Source: Acidobacteriota bacterium (GTDB lineage Bacteria > Acidobacteriota > Terriglobia > Terriglobales > Acidobacteriaceae). Taken from it: 64,000 nucleotides of DNA. The notes beneath the pieces were generated by a model. The model saw only the letters and a list, made by a program, of their open reading frames with translations, made no database searches and was not told the DNA's origin. Each line of letters starts with the position of its first letter. Position 1 is the stretch's first letter. This document shows, piece by piece, positions 28,435-39,387 of this stretch. A program made the translations under genes and the position numbers. Location of the stretch: assembly GCA_021778845.1 (NCBI GenBank), contig JAJYBU010000006.1, positions 15,677-79,676 of the forward strand, in the 5' to 3' direction.

Positions 28435-29367
28435 ATGGCCAGCATTACGATGAAGGAACTGCTCGAAGCCGGTGTCCACTTCGGTCACCAGACCAAGCGC
28501 TGGAACCCCAAGATGAAGGAATATATCTTCGGCGAGCGCAACGGAATTTACATTATCGACCTGCAGAAGACGCTGAAGATGTTCAAAGAGGCGTCGAAGT
28601 TTGTCACCGATCTGACCTCGACGGGTAAGCTGATCCTGTTTGTCGGCACCAAGCGCCAGGCGCAGGATGCGGTGGCCGAAGAGGCCAAGCGCGCTGGAAT
28701 GCCGTACATCAACAGCCGTTGGCTGGGCGGGTTGCTGACCAACTGGGTGACGGTGCAGAAGTCGGTGAAGCGGTTGCAGGAGCTCGACGATATGTCGACC
28801 GACGGACGCTATGAGCTGCTGACGAAGAAGGAAGTCATCAAGCTGGAGCGCGAGCGCAAGAGCCTGTCGACGAACCTCTCGGGTATCAAGAACATGAAGC
28901 GGCTGCCGGACGCTCTGTTCGTGATCGACTCCAATAATGAGGCGATTGCAGTGGCGGAGGCTCGCAAGCTGGGTATCCCGGTGGTTGCAGTGGTCGATAC
29001 GAACTGCGATCCGACGGTGGTCGACTACGTGATTCCGGGCAATGACGATGCGTTGCGCGCCATCCGGCTGTTCACGACGAAGATCGCGGACTCGGCCTTC
29101 GAGGGCACGCAGATGATCTCGGATAAGGCGTTCGCCAATGAGTTGGAAGAGGTTCGTCCGCTCGCGACCGAGTCGCACTTCATCGGCGAAGATGGCGATG
29201 AGGTGATCGGCGAGGTTCACGAGTCGGCTGGCTCGGCGGAGGCTTCGGTTGAGGACGTCGAGGACGAGACCATTGATCTCAATGCAGCTCTGGGCGGCGG
29301 AATCCGCAAGGCGCCCGCGGCGGCGGACGCTGAGCCTGAGGTTGAAACCGCAGTGGTCAGCGCCTAG
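28435..29367 (+). CDS. rpsB: 30S ribosomal protein S2 (acidic C-terminal extension)
   Basis: [44 protein letters not shown]. Confidence 0.98.
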   Translation: MASITMKELLEAGVHFGHQTKRWNPKMKEYIFGERNGIYIIDLQKTLKMFKEASKFVTDLTSTGKLILFVGTKRQAQDAVAEEAKRAGMPYINSRWLGGLLTNWVTVQKSVKRLQELDDMSTDGRYELLTKKEVIKLERERKSLSTNLSGIKNMKRLPDALFVIDSNNEAIAVAEARKLGIPVVAVVDTNCDPTVVDYVIPGNDDALRAIRLFTTKIADSAFEGTQMISDKAFANELEEVRPLATESHFIGEDGDEVIGEVHESAGSAEASVEDVEDETIDLNAALGGGIRKAPAAADAEPEVETAVVSA

Positions 29368-29518
29368 TCTTCAGCGCCAGGACCTGGGCTGTGCGGTTAT
29401 GGCATTTGCCGTACCGTAACGGTCAAGCCCTAGAATCATGGCGCGGGCCAAGGCCCGCGCCATTTTCGCAAAATGCGCATGCGCTCCACGCGCTGCCCCA
29501 GAAATAAGAAGGAAGGTT

Positions 29519-30184
29519 ATGTCTACCACTGAAGCTGTGAAGATTGATGCCAAGCTCGTCAAGGAACTCCGCGAAAAATCCGGCGCCCCGATGGGCGACT
29601 GCCTGAAGGCCCTGCAGGAGGCCAAGGGGAATATGGAAGAGGCGTTTGTTGTGTTGCGGAAACGCGGCATGGCGTCGGCTGCGAAGAAGGCCAGCCGCTC
29701 GACGAACGAAGGCGCGGTGGGAACGTACATCCACGCCGGCGGTAAGATTGGCGTGCTGATCGAACTCAATTGCGAGTCGGATTTCGTGGCGCGTACAGAA
29801 GACTTTCAGGAGTTGCTGAAAGACATTGCGATGCACATCGCGGCGGTCGATCCGCGCTATGTTGGCAAGGACGAGGTGACGGCCGAGGATATCGAGCGCG
29901 AGAAGGACATCTATCGCGCCCAGGCCGCTGCGACGGGCAAGCCTGCGAACATCGTGGAGAAGATGCTCGAAGGGAAGATGGCGAAGTTCTATGAGGAGGT
30001 CTGCCTGCTGGAGCAGCCGTTCATCAAGGAGCAGACGCTGACGATCGCGCAGTTGATTGCGCAGAAGGTGGCCAAGCTCGGCGAGAATATCAGCGTGCGG
30101 CGGTTTGCGCGGTTCAAGATCGGTGAACCGAATTTTACGGTCGCCTCGGCGAAGGCTGCAGTTGCTGAAGAGCCTGCAGCGTAA
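29519..30184 (+). CDS. tsf: Elongation factor Ts (short form)
   Basis: LVKELREKSGAPMGDC, ELNCESDFVART, VRRFARF; GGAAGG RBS before ATG 29519. Confidence 0.97.
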   Translation: MSTTEAVKIDAKLVKELREKSGAPMGDCLKALQEAKGNMEEAFVVLRKRGMASAAKKASRSTNEGAVGTYIHAGGKIGVLIELNCESDFVARTEDFQELLKDIAMHIAAVDPRYVGKDEVTAEDIEREKDIYRAQAAATGKPANIVEKMLEGKMAKFYEEVCLLEQPFIKEQTLTIAQLIAQKVAKLGENISVRRFARFKIGEPNFTVASAKAAVAEEPAA

Positions 30185-30202
30185 GACTCAACTATCACGC
30201 AG

Positions 30203-30243
30203 CGACATAAAAGCCCGGGCTATCAGCCCGGGCTTTTATGTCG
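30203..30243 (+). terminator. Intrinsic terminator after tsf
   Basis: CGACATAAAAGCCCGGGCT-atc-AGCCCGGGCTTTTATGTCG, perfect 19-bp stem. Confidence 0.85.
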
Positions 30244-30555
30244 GTGGAGGCTCAAGAGGTTGTTCGGATTCAGGCCTGATCTGGAAGCTGGCGGATTGAG
30301 ATTGAGGCGACCTTGTGGTCTGGGGAAGTTATAGTCATGCAGCCATGGACCGATCTGGGTGGCAGAAGCTGTACGGCGCGGACTGCGCAGAGGACGGGAG
30401 CTTCGGTCTCCAAGATCAGACTTTCCGCGCTCCCGGTAGCGGCGAACCCACTTCAACGTCGGCCCATGCTCCAGAACTCTCTTGGCTAATGGCTCTCGAC
30501 TATGAGACTTCACAGCTAGTGCCGTTCTCCTATTACGGTGAACTGGACGAGGCAT
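30244..30555 (-). mobile_element. IS481-family transposase relic (internally deleted)
   Basis: KWVRRYRERGKSDLGDRSSRPLRSPRRT (IS481 N-terminal motif) joined to WLHDYNFPRPQ...PPASR...NNLLSLH (IS481 C-terminus); the DDE core is missing. Confidence 0.8.
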
Positions 30556-30647
30556 GCGAGCTTGGTTTTCCTGGCGGAAAAGACAGCTAAAGTCGAGGCC
30601 TTGACCTGCACCTATAGGGAGGCGGCGCTATTGGGTCTTCTGTCGGA

Positions 30648-31379
30648 CTACGCGCGCGGCGCGCGAGAACGGAGGTAGCCGGCAAAGGCTCCGGCGGTCG
30701 CGGAGAAGGCGAGGTAGAAGGCCAGGCCGATGGAGATGCTGGTGAGAAGGAGGCCGGCGCGGAACTCGGGGATGGTGATCATGTCGAGCGCAGCCTTGGT
30801 GGCAGGTCCTGCTTGCGCGGTGATGGAGGTGTGCATCTGGGTGAAGACGTTGGCGATCTGGGAGTCGATCTCGGCGGTGGAGTGGAAGACAAAGCGCTCG
30901 AGGACGAGGGCGATGGTGTTGAGCGTGGTGGTGGCGACCAGGATGGCGAGGCCGGTGAGCAGGCCGAGGCGGGCTCCGAAACCGGTGGTGATGAGCGTCT
31001 TGCGGAACCGCGAGGTGTAAACGCCAAGCACGACGATGGGCGCGGAGATGAGCCACATGAAGGAGAGCACGGAGACTGGCGGAAGTGCGAAGGAGATCAG
31101 CGTGAGGGCTCCGGCAGCGGCTCCGGCGAGGCCGGCGGTCTGAATGGCGCCGCGCCAGATGATGGCGTTGCTGGGCGCTGTGGGTTGCGGGATTGGCTCG
31201 GCGGACGGGTTGGCGGCGGACTGCTGGGCGCTGATCTGCTGGTCGATCTGGTCGCGCAGCTCCTCGGAGAGTTGCACCTGGGGTGCGCCGCAGCTCCAGC
31301 AGAAGACGAGAGAACCCTCATCTTCACGATGGAGGACGGCGTGGCAGCGGGGACAGATGCGGGGAGTCACTACTGTCAA
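30648..31379 (-). CDS. Zinc-ribbon-containing membrane protein
   Basis: CPRC...CWSCGAPQ followed by 4 TMs; start may be GTG 31370. Confidence 0.75.
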   Translation of the reverse strand: MTVVTPRICPRCHAVLHREDEGSLVFCWSCGAPQVQLSEELRDQIDQQISAQQSAANPSAEPIPQPTAPSNAIIWRGAIQTAGLAGAAAGALTLISFALPPVSVLSFMWLISAPIVVLGVYTSRFRKTLITTGFGARLGLLTGLAILVATTTLNTIALVLERFVFHSTAEIDSQIANVFTQMHTSITAQAGPATKAALDMITIPEFRAGLLLTSISIGLAFYLAFSATAGAFAGYLRSRAPRA

Positions 31380-31400
31380 GGGTAGTCGAGCGCTGGCCGA

Positions 31401-31475
31401 GTAGCAAGGAGTAAGGAGTAGAGAGTAAGGAGTAGAAAGAGCGAGGACATCTCTCTACTCCTTACTCCTTGCTCT
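31401..31475. repeat. Heptamer tandem repeat with inverted counterpart (hairpin)
   Basis: GGAGTAA GGAGTAG AGAGTAA GGAGTAG ... CTACTCC TTACTCC TTGCTCT; same unit as 28258-28327. Confidence 0.8.
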
Positions 31476-31482
31476 CGCCTTG

Positions 31483-32109
31483 CTACTCTTCGCTGTCCTT
31501 GTTGGCGTGGCCGGAGAGGTGGGACGGGAGGTCGAGGGCGACGAGGCCGATTTTGGTGCCACCGCCGTGGGCTTCCACGCTGACGATGTGCTGGTGCTGC
31601 GGGGAGCCGGCGCGGAGTTCGACGTTGTTATTGGACGGTTCGCTGCCGTTGATTTGAACTTCTTTGGAGCTGTCGCTACAGGTGAGGCCTAACGTGGTGC
31701 GCGTGGGTTGGCCAACGGATGCGTGGCCGTGGCACTCGATCACGTTACTGTAGCGGCTAAGGTCCTTGCGATAGAAGGCGAGGACCTTGTCCGGCTGGTC
31801 GGGGGTCTGGAAACCGGCGGCCCTGACGCCGAGACGGAAGCTGCCGAAGCTCATGTCTACGTTGGCGGAGTTGCCGTCCTTGTCGCCGCTGTCGTTGGTG
31901 GGAACGGCGCCGGGATAGGCTGAGAGTCCTATGGCGGAGGTGTCCGTGGAGTTGTTGGTGTGGACCTTCATGGAGCCGAAGGGCGTGCCGATGTCGACGT
32001 TCTTCCTGTTGCCATGCTCGTTTTCGGTGACGTGGCAGCCGGTGAGCAGGAGGCAGGCGAGGGGAGCGGTGACGGCCAGGATCGTCGGGATACGAAGGGT
32101 GCGGGTCAT
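31483..32109 (-). CDS. Hypothetical lipoprotein
   Basis: Lipobox LLTGC; GGAG RBS; YPGA motif. Confidence 0.75.
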   Translation of the reverse strand: MTRTLRIPTILAVTAPLACLLLTGCHVTENEHGNRKNVDIGTPFGSMKVHTNNSTDTSAIGLSAYPGAVPTNDSGDKDGNSANVDMSFGSFRLGVRAAGFQTPDQPDKVLAFYRKDLSRYSNVIECHGHASVGQPTRTTLGLTCSDSSKEVQINGSEPSNNNVELRAGSPQHQHIVSVEAHGGGTKIGLVALDLPSHLSGHANKDSEE

Positions 32110-32158
32110 GGGTTCTCCAACGGCGGCTGCGTGACAGGTGCTTGCGATACGAGAAGAG

Positions 32159-32186
32159 GATACGCTGGGCAGAGGTGTAAGGTTCC
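32159..32186 (-). promoter_or_regulatory. ECF sigma-type promoter
   Basis: GGAACC-N16-CGTATC, 50 nt upstream of the lipoprotein gene. Confidence 0.5.
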
Positions 32187-32547
32187 GTGGATTTCGATGA
32201 AGGCGTTTGCGCTGCGTTCAGTACATATGCAGGAGCATCTTTGTATTTCAGCTTGGGTTTACGCTGCTGGATCAATCGAGCGAGCTTGAAATGGAGGACG
32301 AGGAAGGACGTAGCCTATGCCCGCCCCATTGGGTAGACTGCCTGGCCGAGTTGGGTGGGGCTGTGTCGAGTTATGCCCTCGGGAGATGCCACATCCGGTG
32401 CAGCGGACGGCAACTCGGACGGCACCTGCACAGCAGGCTGCTCGGGCTTCGTTGCCGTCTGCGTCCAGGCGCCAGGCACTATGGAGTGACCAGGAGGGGT
32501 GCTTCTGCTCGTGCCTTGTCGGGCCAAAGTGCGCCCGGCAGGGGGGC

Positions 32548-32825
32548 CTCCCCCCCCCCCATGACTTTTTGGCCTAAAGTATTCAAAGGAATTGGGTTAA
32601 GCCTGTTTTCCCCGTAAAGTATTCTGTTCAGGTGGGTTATAGCTAAGATATTGCTTTTAGAGGGGTTAGCGGCTGTGTTTGGCAGGGTGGGGATTGGTTT
32701 TGATCCCTACTTCTATTGTAGTGAGCCGGTGGGGGGTATTATGCCAGGTTTTCGAAATATAAATCGCCTTTGTTTATAGGGGGTTTTGCGATTTTCTGGT
32801 GGGTGGGGGGCTTGACAGGGATTTG
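32548..32825. repeat. Dispersed non-coding element of about 280 bp, copy 2 (same orientation as copy 1)
   Basis: Colinear with 4347-4630; TAA-N19-TTA boxes start at 32575, 32615 and 32644. Confidence 0.92.
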
Positions 32826-32881
32826 CGCGGACGGCGCGCGTGGTACATGGGCGTCCGGGAAGAGTCATGGAGGAGGGAAGG

Positions 32882-32921
32882 GCAAATACGGAGATCCTTC
32901 GCTGCGCTCTGGATGACGGCG
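32882..32921. repeat. REP-like 40-bp palindromic repeat, copy B
   Basis: GCAAATACGGAGATCCTTCGCTGCGCTCTGGATGACGGCG, 35/40 identical to 8033-8072. Confidence 0.75.
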
Positions 32922-32966
32922 GGAAACGAACGACCGCAAGAGCAAGGGCGTGCGGGGCTTGGGCGG

Positions 32967-33467
32967 TTAGGAGTTGAAGGAGTGGGGGGTGGAGGTGGGG
33001 GTGCCGGAACTGAGTTGGGCGTCTTCGATCTCGCGGGTCTGGATTCGGGCGTCGATGAGGAGGCCGATGCCGATGCCGAGGGGGATGAGGCCGACGGCGG
33101 CTCCGGAGAGGACGTCGCGCTGCTGAAGGACGGCGGCAAGGGTGATGAAGAAGAGGATGAGGCCGATGGCAGCGCCGCAGAGAACGATGCCTCCCTGACG
33201 AGAGTTGGCGCGGCGGCGGAGGGAGTTGGGAGCGGTCTGGCCGCGGCCCTGGAAGACGGAACTGATGGCGACTTCGTCGGTGGTGGGCGGAGGGGTCATG
33301 CCGCGGGCGATGGCGGCGAGGCGTTCCTGGCTCTCCATCTCGCGGCGGCGGGTGCGGGACCAGGTCTTGAAGCCGACGATGCCGAGCACCATGAGACAGG
33401 CGGCAACGGGAACGATGAAGGGGCTGTTGGCGACGTCGCCGAGGGTGGAGAGGGATTCGAGAATCAT
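32967..33467 (-). CDS. DUF6249-like membrane protein
   Basis: TM, then ERLAAIARG, then two TMs with GLIPLGIGIGLL; AAGGAG RBS. Confidence 0.7.
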   Translation of the reverse strand: MILESLSTLGDVANSPFIVPVAACLMVLGIVGFKTWSRTRRREMESQERLAAIARGMTPPPTTDEVAISSVFQGRGQTAPNSLRRRANSRQGGIVLCGAAIGLILFFITLAAVLQQRDVLSGAAVGLIPLGIGIGLLIDARIQTREIEDAQLSSGTPTSTPHSFNS

Positions 33468-33531
33468 GGGTAACTCCTTTAGGTTTCGGGGCTGCGGCGG
33501 CTGGCAGCGGCAACGGTGGTCTCTGTGGGGC

Positions 33532-33559
33532 TTCGACTGCGGGAGGGGGCGAAAGTTTC
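33532..33559 (-). promoter_or_regulatory. ECF sigma-type promoter
   Basis: GAAACT-N16-GTCGAA upstream of the DUF6249-like gene. Confidence 0.5.
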
Positions 33560-33825
33560 AGGTGCAGGTTATTGGGGTAGTCCGAACACAATATTTGTCA
33601 TCAGAAGGGGCTCGGTTGATCTCAATGTGAGCCTTTTGCCCCTGGTTGCGACCCATCGGTGATGATCTCTGACTGGCCGTGATGGGTGCGGCCGAACAGG
33701 ACGTGATCGTCTGAGCGGCATCGCCTTGACCGGATGGGCTGCGCGGCGGGGTGGGTTGGGCTACACTCATAGGAATTCCGCTGCTGGTGCGAATTCCAAC
33801 CTCGATGTCTTCAGGAGCAACCGTT

Positions 33826-35316
33826 ATGCGTCTTGCCGCCCTGCTGGTTCTTGCGACTGCTTCGATCGCTACGTTTGGTGCTTCCTCTACTGCACTTGCT
33901 GCTGCGGTGCCTGCTTTGGACGGGCGCGCGGTTGCGGCTTCCGGTGCTGTGCCTGATCCGCGACTGGGGGACGCTTACAAGTTTCATGATGGTGGGTGGA
34001 CGTATGTGCACCTGGCGGGAACGCCGGAGGAGATTGGATTTCAGCATGGGTATCTGCTGGCGCGGGAGATTGAGGACAATGTGCACGTGTACTCGGTGGA
34101 GGCAGTGCATTTGGATAAGCGGCCGTGGGAGTTCTTTCGGCAGGCGGGAAAGAATGTGCTGTGGCCGAAGCTCGATGCTGAGTATAAGGCAGAGCTGACG
34201 GGGATTGCCGAGGGATTGAAGGCGCAGGGGTCGAAGGTGGACTTGTGGGATGTGGTGGCGATCAATGGCGATCAGGAGCTGACGGGATATTACCTGCCGA
34301 TGGTGAATGCAAGGGAGGGTAAGCCGAATCCGAAGGCGGCGGTGGCGCCGGGCAAGTGCAGCGCGTTGATTGCTACCGGGTCGGCGACCAGGGATGGGAA
34401 GATCGTGATTGCGCATAGCAACTGGTCGCCGTATGCGGAGGGAGAACGGTGGACGGTGGCGTTCGACGTGGTGCCGGCGAAGGGGTATCACTTTCTGATG
34501 GATGGAACGCCGGGCGTGATTACGAGCCAGGATGACTTCGGCGTGAACGCGGCGGGGATGATGATTACGGAGACGACGCTGCCGATGGCGAAGGGGTTCG
34601 ACGTGCAGGGGATTCCGGAGTTTGAGCGCTCGCGCAAGGCGATGCAGTATGCAAGCTCGATTGCGGAGTATGCGGCGATTATGCGCGAGGGGAATAATGG
34701 CGGCTATGCGAACTCGTGGCTGATTGGCGACAGGAAGACGAACGAGATTGCGTACCTGGAGTTGGGGCTGCACCATACGCCGCTGACGGTGAAGAAGGAC
34801 GGGTTCTTTGTGAGCTCGAACTTTGCGCAGGATCCGATGGTGATTCGCGATGATACGCCGGGGTTCAATCCGGACGATCCGCAGAGCTCGATGAATGCGC
34901 GGCATATACGGGCGCTGGAGTTTGTGAAGGAGCACTACGGGAAGCTGGATACTGCGCTGGCCGAGGCGTATCTGTCGGACCACTACGATACGTATGAGAA
35001 GCGGGTGGATGCGGGGATGAGGAGCCTGTGTGGACATGAGGAGATGTCGGCGCGCGGGGAGCCGGTGTGGGGCAGCAGGCCGTTTACGCCGGGGGGCGCG
35101 GTGACGGGGAAGGTGATGGACTCCGATATGGCGGCGAAGATGAGCTTTATTGGGCGAGCCGGGCATCCTTGCGGAGAGGATTTTCTGGCGGAGGCGTTCT
35201 TCAAAGCGCATCCGGAGTTCGACTGGGAGAAGCCGATTCTGCATGACATGAAGGCCGGCCCATGGACTACGCTCAAGGCCGATGAGAAGGCTCCGACGAT
35301 GGTTGCAGCACGATAG
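33826..35316 (+). CDS. Secreted Ntn-hydrolase (peptidase C45 / phospholipase B-like)
   Basis: Signal peptide, GFQHGYLL, GKCSALIATG nucleophile Cys, NNGGYANSW; AGGAG RBS. Confidence 0.8.
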   Translation: MRLAALLVLATASIATFGASSTALAAAVPALDGRAVAASGAVPDPRLGDAYKFHDGGWTYVHLAGTPEEIGFQHGYLLAREIEDNVHVYSVEAVHLDKRPWEFFRQAGKNVLWPKLDAEYKAELTGIAEGLKAQGSKVDLWDVVAINGDQELTGYYLPMVNAREGKPNPKAAVAPGKCSALIATGSATRDGKIVIAHSNWSPYAEGERWTVAFDVVPAKGYHFLMDGTPGVITSQDDFGVNAAGMMITETTLPMAKGFDVQGIPEFERSRKAMQYASSIAEYAAIMREGNNGGYANSWLIGDRKTNEIAYLELGLHHTPLTVKKDGFFVSSNFAQDPMVIRDDTPGFNPDDPQSSMNARHIRALEFVKEHYGKLDTALAEAYLSDHYDTYEKRVDAGMRSLCGHEEMSARGEPVWGSRPFTPGGAVTGKVMDSDMAAKMSFIGRAGHPCGEDFLAEAFFKAHPEFDWEKPILHDMKAGPWTTLKADEKAPTMVAAR

Positions 35317-35393
35317 GATTGCGCAAAGAGGATTGCGTCTCCGGCTTGTGACAAGCGTAAGTGCAAGGCCGGTTTGCCATGTGGGATGAAATG

Positions 35394-35423
35394 CGAAGGG
35401 CGAGCCGGTTGGCTCGCCCTTCG
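35394..35423. terminator. Terminator between convergent C45 and metK genes
   Basis: CGAAGGGCGAGCC-ggtt-GGCTCGCCCTTCG. Confidence 0.7.
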
Positions 35424-35443
35424 TGTTGATCACGCGATCAGGT

Positions 35444-36616
<1,173 letters not shown>

Positions 36617-36770
36617 AGCGGGAAGCTCCTTAGCTCAGATAGCCGGACACGCTCGTGGTGACCCATAGCGCCCGACGACCGGCTCCTCGTGCTGGTAGAT
36701 GCCACGGGCGTGGCAACAGCATTGGTTTCCGGTCGTTCAGCCAAGACGATGCAAATCGTATCAGCGGAAC
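36617..36770 (-). ncRNA. Structured metK 5' leader, candidate riboswitch
   Basis: Nested helices plus a long-range pairing over the SD; TAGAAT -10 at 36777-36782. Confidence 0.45.
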
Positions 36771-36888
36771 CCTTTTATTCTACCTGCACAGAGAGCGCGA
36801 ACCAATGCGGAACAGCGGTTGGTGGGATTCGGCGGTTCAGTGGGGATGTGGAGGATTGAACGGGGTGGGATGTATCGACTGAATGAGA

Positions 36889-38504
36889 CTAGGCGGCTTT
36901 GCGGCGGAGGATCCGGGCGGGAAGCCTGGAGCGGAGGAGGAGGAGCATGAGCAGCGTTGCAATGGCCCAGGCGAGGGTTCCGGCGGTGATGGTGAGGAGG
37001 TCGGCGGTGTGGCCTGTGAGCGTGGGGAGAATGTGCGTGAGGGCCAGCGTTGCGCTGTGGGCTGCGACGAAGGCGATGAGTGCGGCGGCGAGAGCGCGGG
37101 CGAGTTCGGGGTACTCGAGATGAAGGAGCGAGACGAGACGCTTGCGGTGCAGGAGGACGGCGAGCGTGGCGGTCTGGATGATGATGCCGACGTCAGAGGC
37201 GATGGCGAGGCCGATGAGGCCGCGGGCGTTGAAGAGCGCCCAGTACATGGGGATGGAGAGGATGGTGATGAGGGTTCCGGCGATGGCGGGAGTGTGAGTG
37301 TTGGAGGCGGCGTAGAAGGCTCGGGCGTAGATGCCCTGCACGGCCCAGAAGGCCAGCGTGAGAGCGAGGACCTGGAAGAGCTGGGTGACCGAGGCAACAT
37401 CGGCGCGATTGAATTTGCCGCCCTTGAAGAGGTCGAGGAGCCAGGGGGCGAGGGCGATCATCCAGGCGGAGACCAGCATGCCGACGGCGAAGAGGCGGGA
37501 GACGGAACGACCGACAGAGGCGGAGAAGTCAAAGGCGCGGCGCTGCTGGAAGAGAGAGGCGAAGAAGGGCAGCGAGGCTGCTCCGGCGGCCGGGCCGATG
37601 ACGTTGAAGGGAGCGTTGAAGAGATCCTTGGCGTTGCCGATGAGGGTGATGCCGCCTTTGGCGATGGAGGCGAAGTAGTTGAGGAAGATGCCGTCGAACA
37701 TGACCAGCGAGACGCCGATCATGAGGGGGAGAGAGAGCTTGAGCCACTCGTGGAAGGCGGGGTCGCGGAAGCCGAGGATGGGGCGGTAGCGGAAGCCGGT
37801 GCGGAAGGCTCCGAGCGAGTTGAGCAGAGCGGAGCCGAGGATGACGCCCGCGAGAACGCCGACGGCCAGCGAGTAGATGCCGAGACGGGTGTGCAGGAAG
37901 AGCGCGCCGAGGATGATGCCGCCGTTGTAGATGAGCGGCGTGAAGGCCTGGTAGAGAAAGATCTTGCGGACCTGCAGGCGCGAGCTCATGACGGAGCCGA
38001 TGAAGAAGAAGAGTTGCGCGGGGAGGATGAGCCGGGTGAGGGAGGTGCAGAGAGCGGCGCGGATGGGCTCGTTGCGGAAGCCTTCGTTGGCTAGCCAGAC
38101 GTATTGAGGGGCGAAGATTTCGGCGAGCAGGACGCCGGAGCCAAGCACGACGAGCATGGTGTTGAGGATGACGGAGAGGGCGTGGTCGCCGCCGGCTTCG
38201 TCGCCGGCTTCGCGGTAGCGGTTGAGGATGGTGATGAGGGAGATGGAGGCTGCGCCGCCGATGAGGAAGTAGTTGAGAAGGTTGGGGAGGGTGAAGGCGG
38301 CGCGGTAGGCGTCCTGCGCGGCACCGGCGCCGAAGAGGTAGTTGACGTACTTGATGCGCACCAGGGCGAGCAGGCCGGAGAGCAGCGAGCTGGCCATGAG
38401 GAGCAGCGTGGCCGAGGCGGCGGTGTGGGTGCGGGGGGTGCGCGGCGGGGAGGGGGGGGGGGGGAGCCCTGTGGCGAGGCGTCGGGGCGTGCTGACGCGG
38501 TCAT
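36889..38504 (-). CDS. murJ: Lipid II flippase MurJ/MviN; the 5' ATG is out of frame across a G13 tract
   Basis: [10 protein letters not shown]...[33 protein letters not shown]; the ORF body 36889-38397 is intact. Confidence 0.9.
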
Positions 38505-39142
38505 TCGGAGGGGAAGAGGTCGCCCTGATCGACGAGGCGGGGCTTGCGTTCGGGAGCTGGATCGGACGTGGATGCAGGTCTGGGTTCGAGGACCAGACGC
38601 GGGCGCATGGGCCTGACGGCCGGTGGTGGGGCGGCGGAGATTGCGGCGGCGGGCGCTGGATGGCCGGGGGAGGCAGGCTTGGAAAGAAGGTCGGCGAGCG
38701 AGCGGAGTTCTTCGCGGAGGGTAGCGATCCGGTCGCGGTGCTGGGCTTCCTGACGGATGGCCGCTCCGATGTCGCTGGCGGGCGGGGCTTCGATGGGCTG
38801 CGGCGGCGGGGTGGCGGGGGTGAGTTGTGGCGTGGGCTCGGAGGCGTCTTTGGACCTGGGCTCGGTGGCGAAGACCTGGCGTGCTCCGGGGATGGTGTAG
38901 CCCTGGTCGTAGAGCAGGCTCTTGATGCGGAGAGCCATCTCGACGTCGCGCTTGCGGTAGAGGCGCTGGCCGGTGCCGCCCTTGTTGGGCTTGAGCTGGG
39001 GAAACTCTGTCTCCCAGAAACGAAGGACGTAGGCAGGGACGTCGCAGAGGCGGGCTACGTCGCCGATGCGGAAGTAGAGCTTGTCCGGGATGATTGTCGG
39101 CTCGGTGGTGACGACCTTACGGATTGGGTGATGTGAGGTCAC
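38501..39142 (-). CDS. MerR family transcriptional regulator
   Basis: [35 protein letters not shown]...QRLYR...[13 protein letters not shown]. Confidence 0.92.
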   Translation of the reverse strand: MTSHHPIRKVVTTEPTIIPDKLYFRIGDVARLCDVPAYVLRFWETEFPQLKPNKGGTGQRLYRKRDVEMALRIKSLLYDQGYTIPGARQVFATEPRSKDASEPTPQLTPATPPPQPIEAPPASDIGAAIRQEAQHRDRIATLREELRSLADLLSKPASPGHPAPAAAISAAPPPAVRPMRPRLVLEPRPASTSDPAPERKPRLVDQGDLFPSE

Positions 39143-39387
39143 GTATACCTGAAGTACTAAAGTATAGGATCGCAGAGAAGTTCAGCTAGTGGTTAGCACG
39201 GTTCCACCTGTGGTTCATCCATGAGTTACCGAGGTATCAGGTTAGTTAATAGGGGGTTCGAGGGTTACTTTAAGGGTTGGGCGGGAATGAAAGCCAGTGG
39301 TCAGTTGTGAGGCCCCCGCCTTTGAGCCTCAGCTCTATCTCGCGTGCCGCGCGCCTCATGGAGGACGGAGAACGGAGCACTGGCAAC

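Noticed and set aside
36617-36770. Canonical SAM-I, SAM-II or SAH riboswitch
   Set aside because: The consensus cores were not recognisable by eye; reported only as an unclassified candidate.
39170-39290. Possible third, degenerate copy of the box array upstream of the MerR gene (several GGTTA/AGTTA)
   Set aside because: The TAA arms and 40/29 spacing are absent; it cannot be distinguished from ordinary AT-rich promoter DNA.
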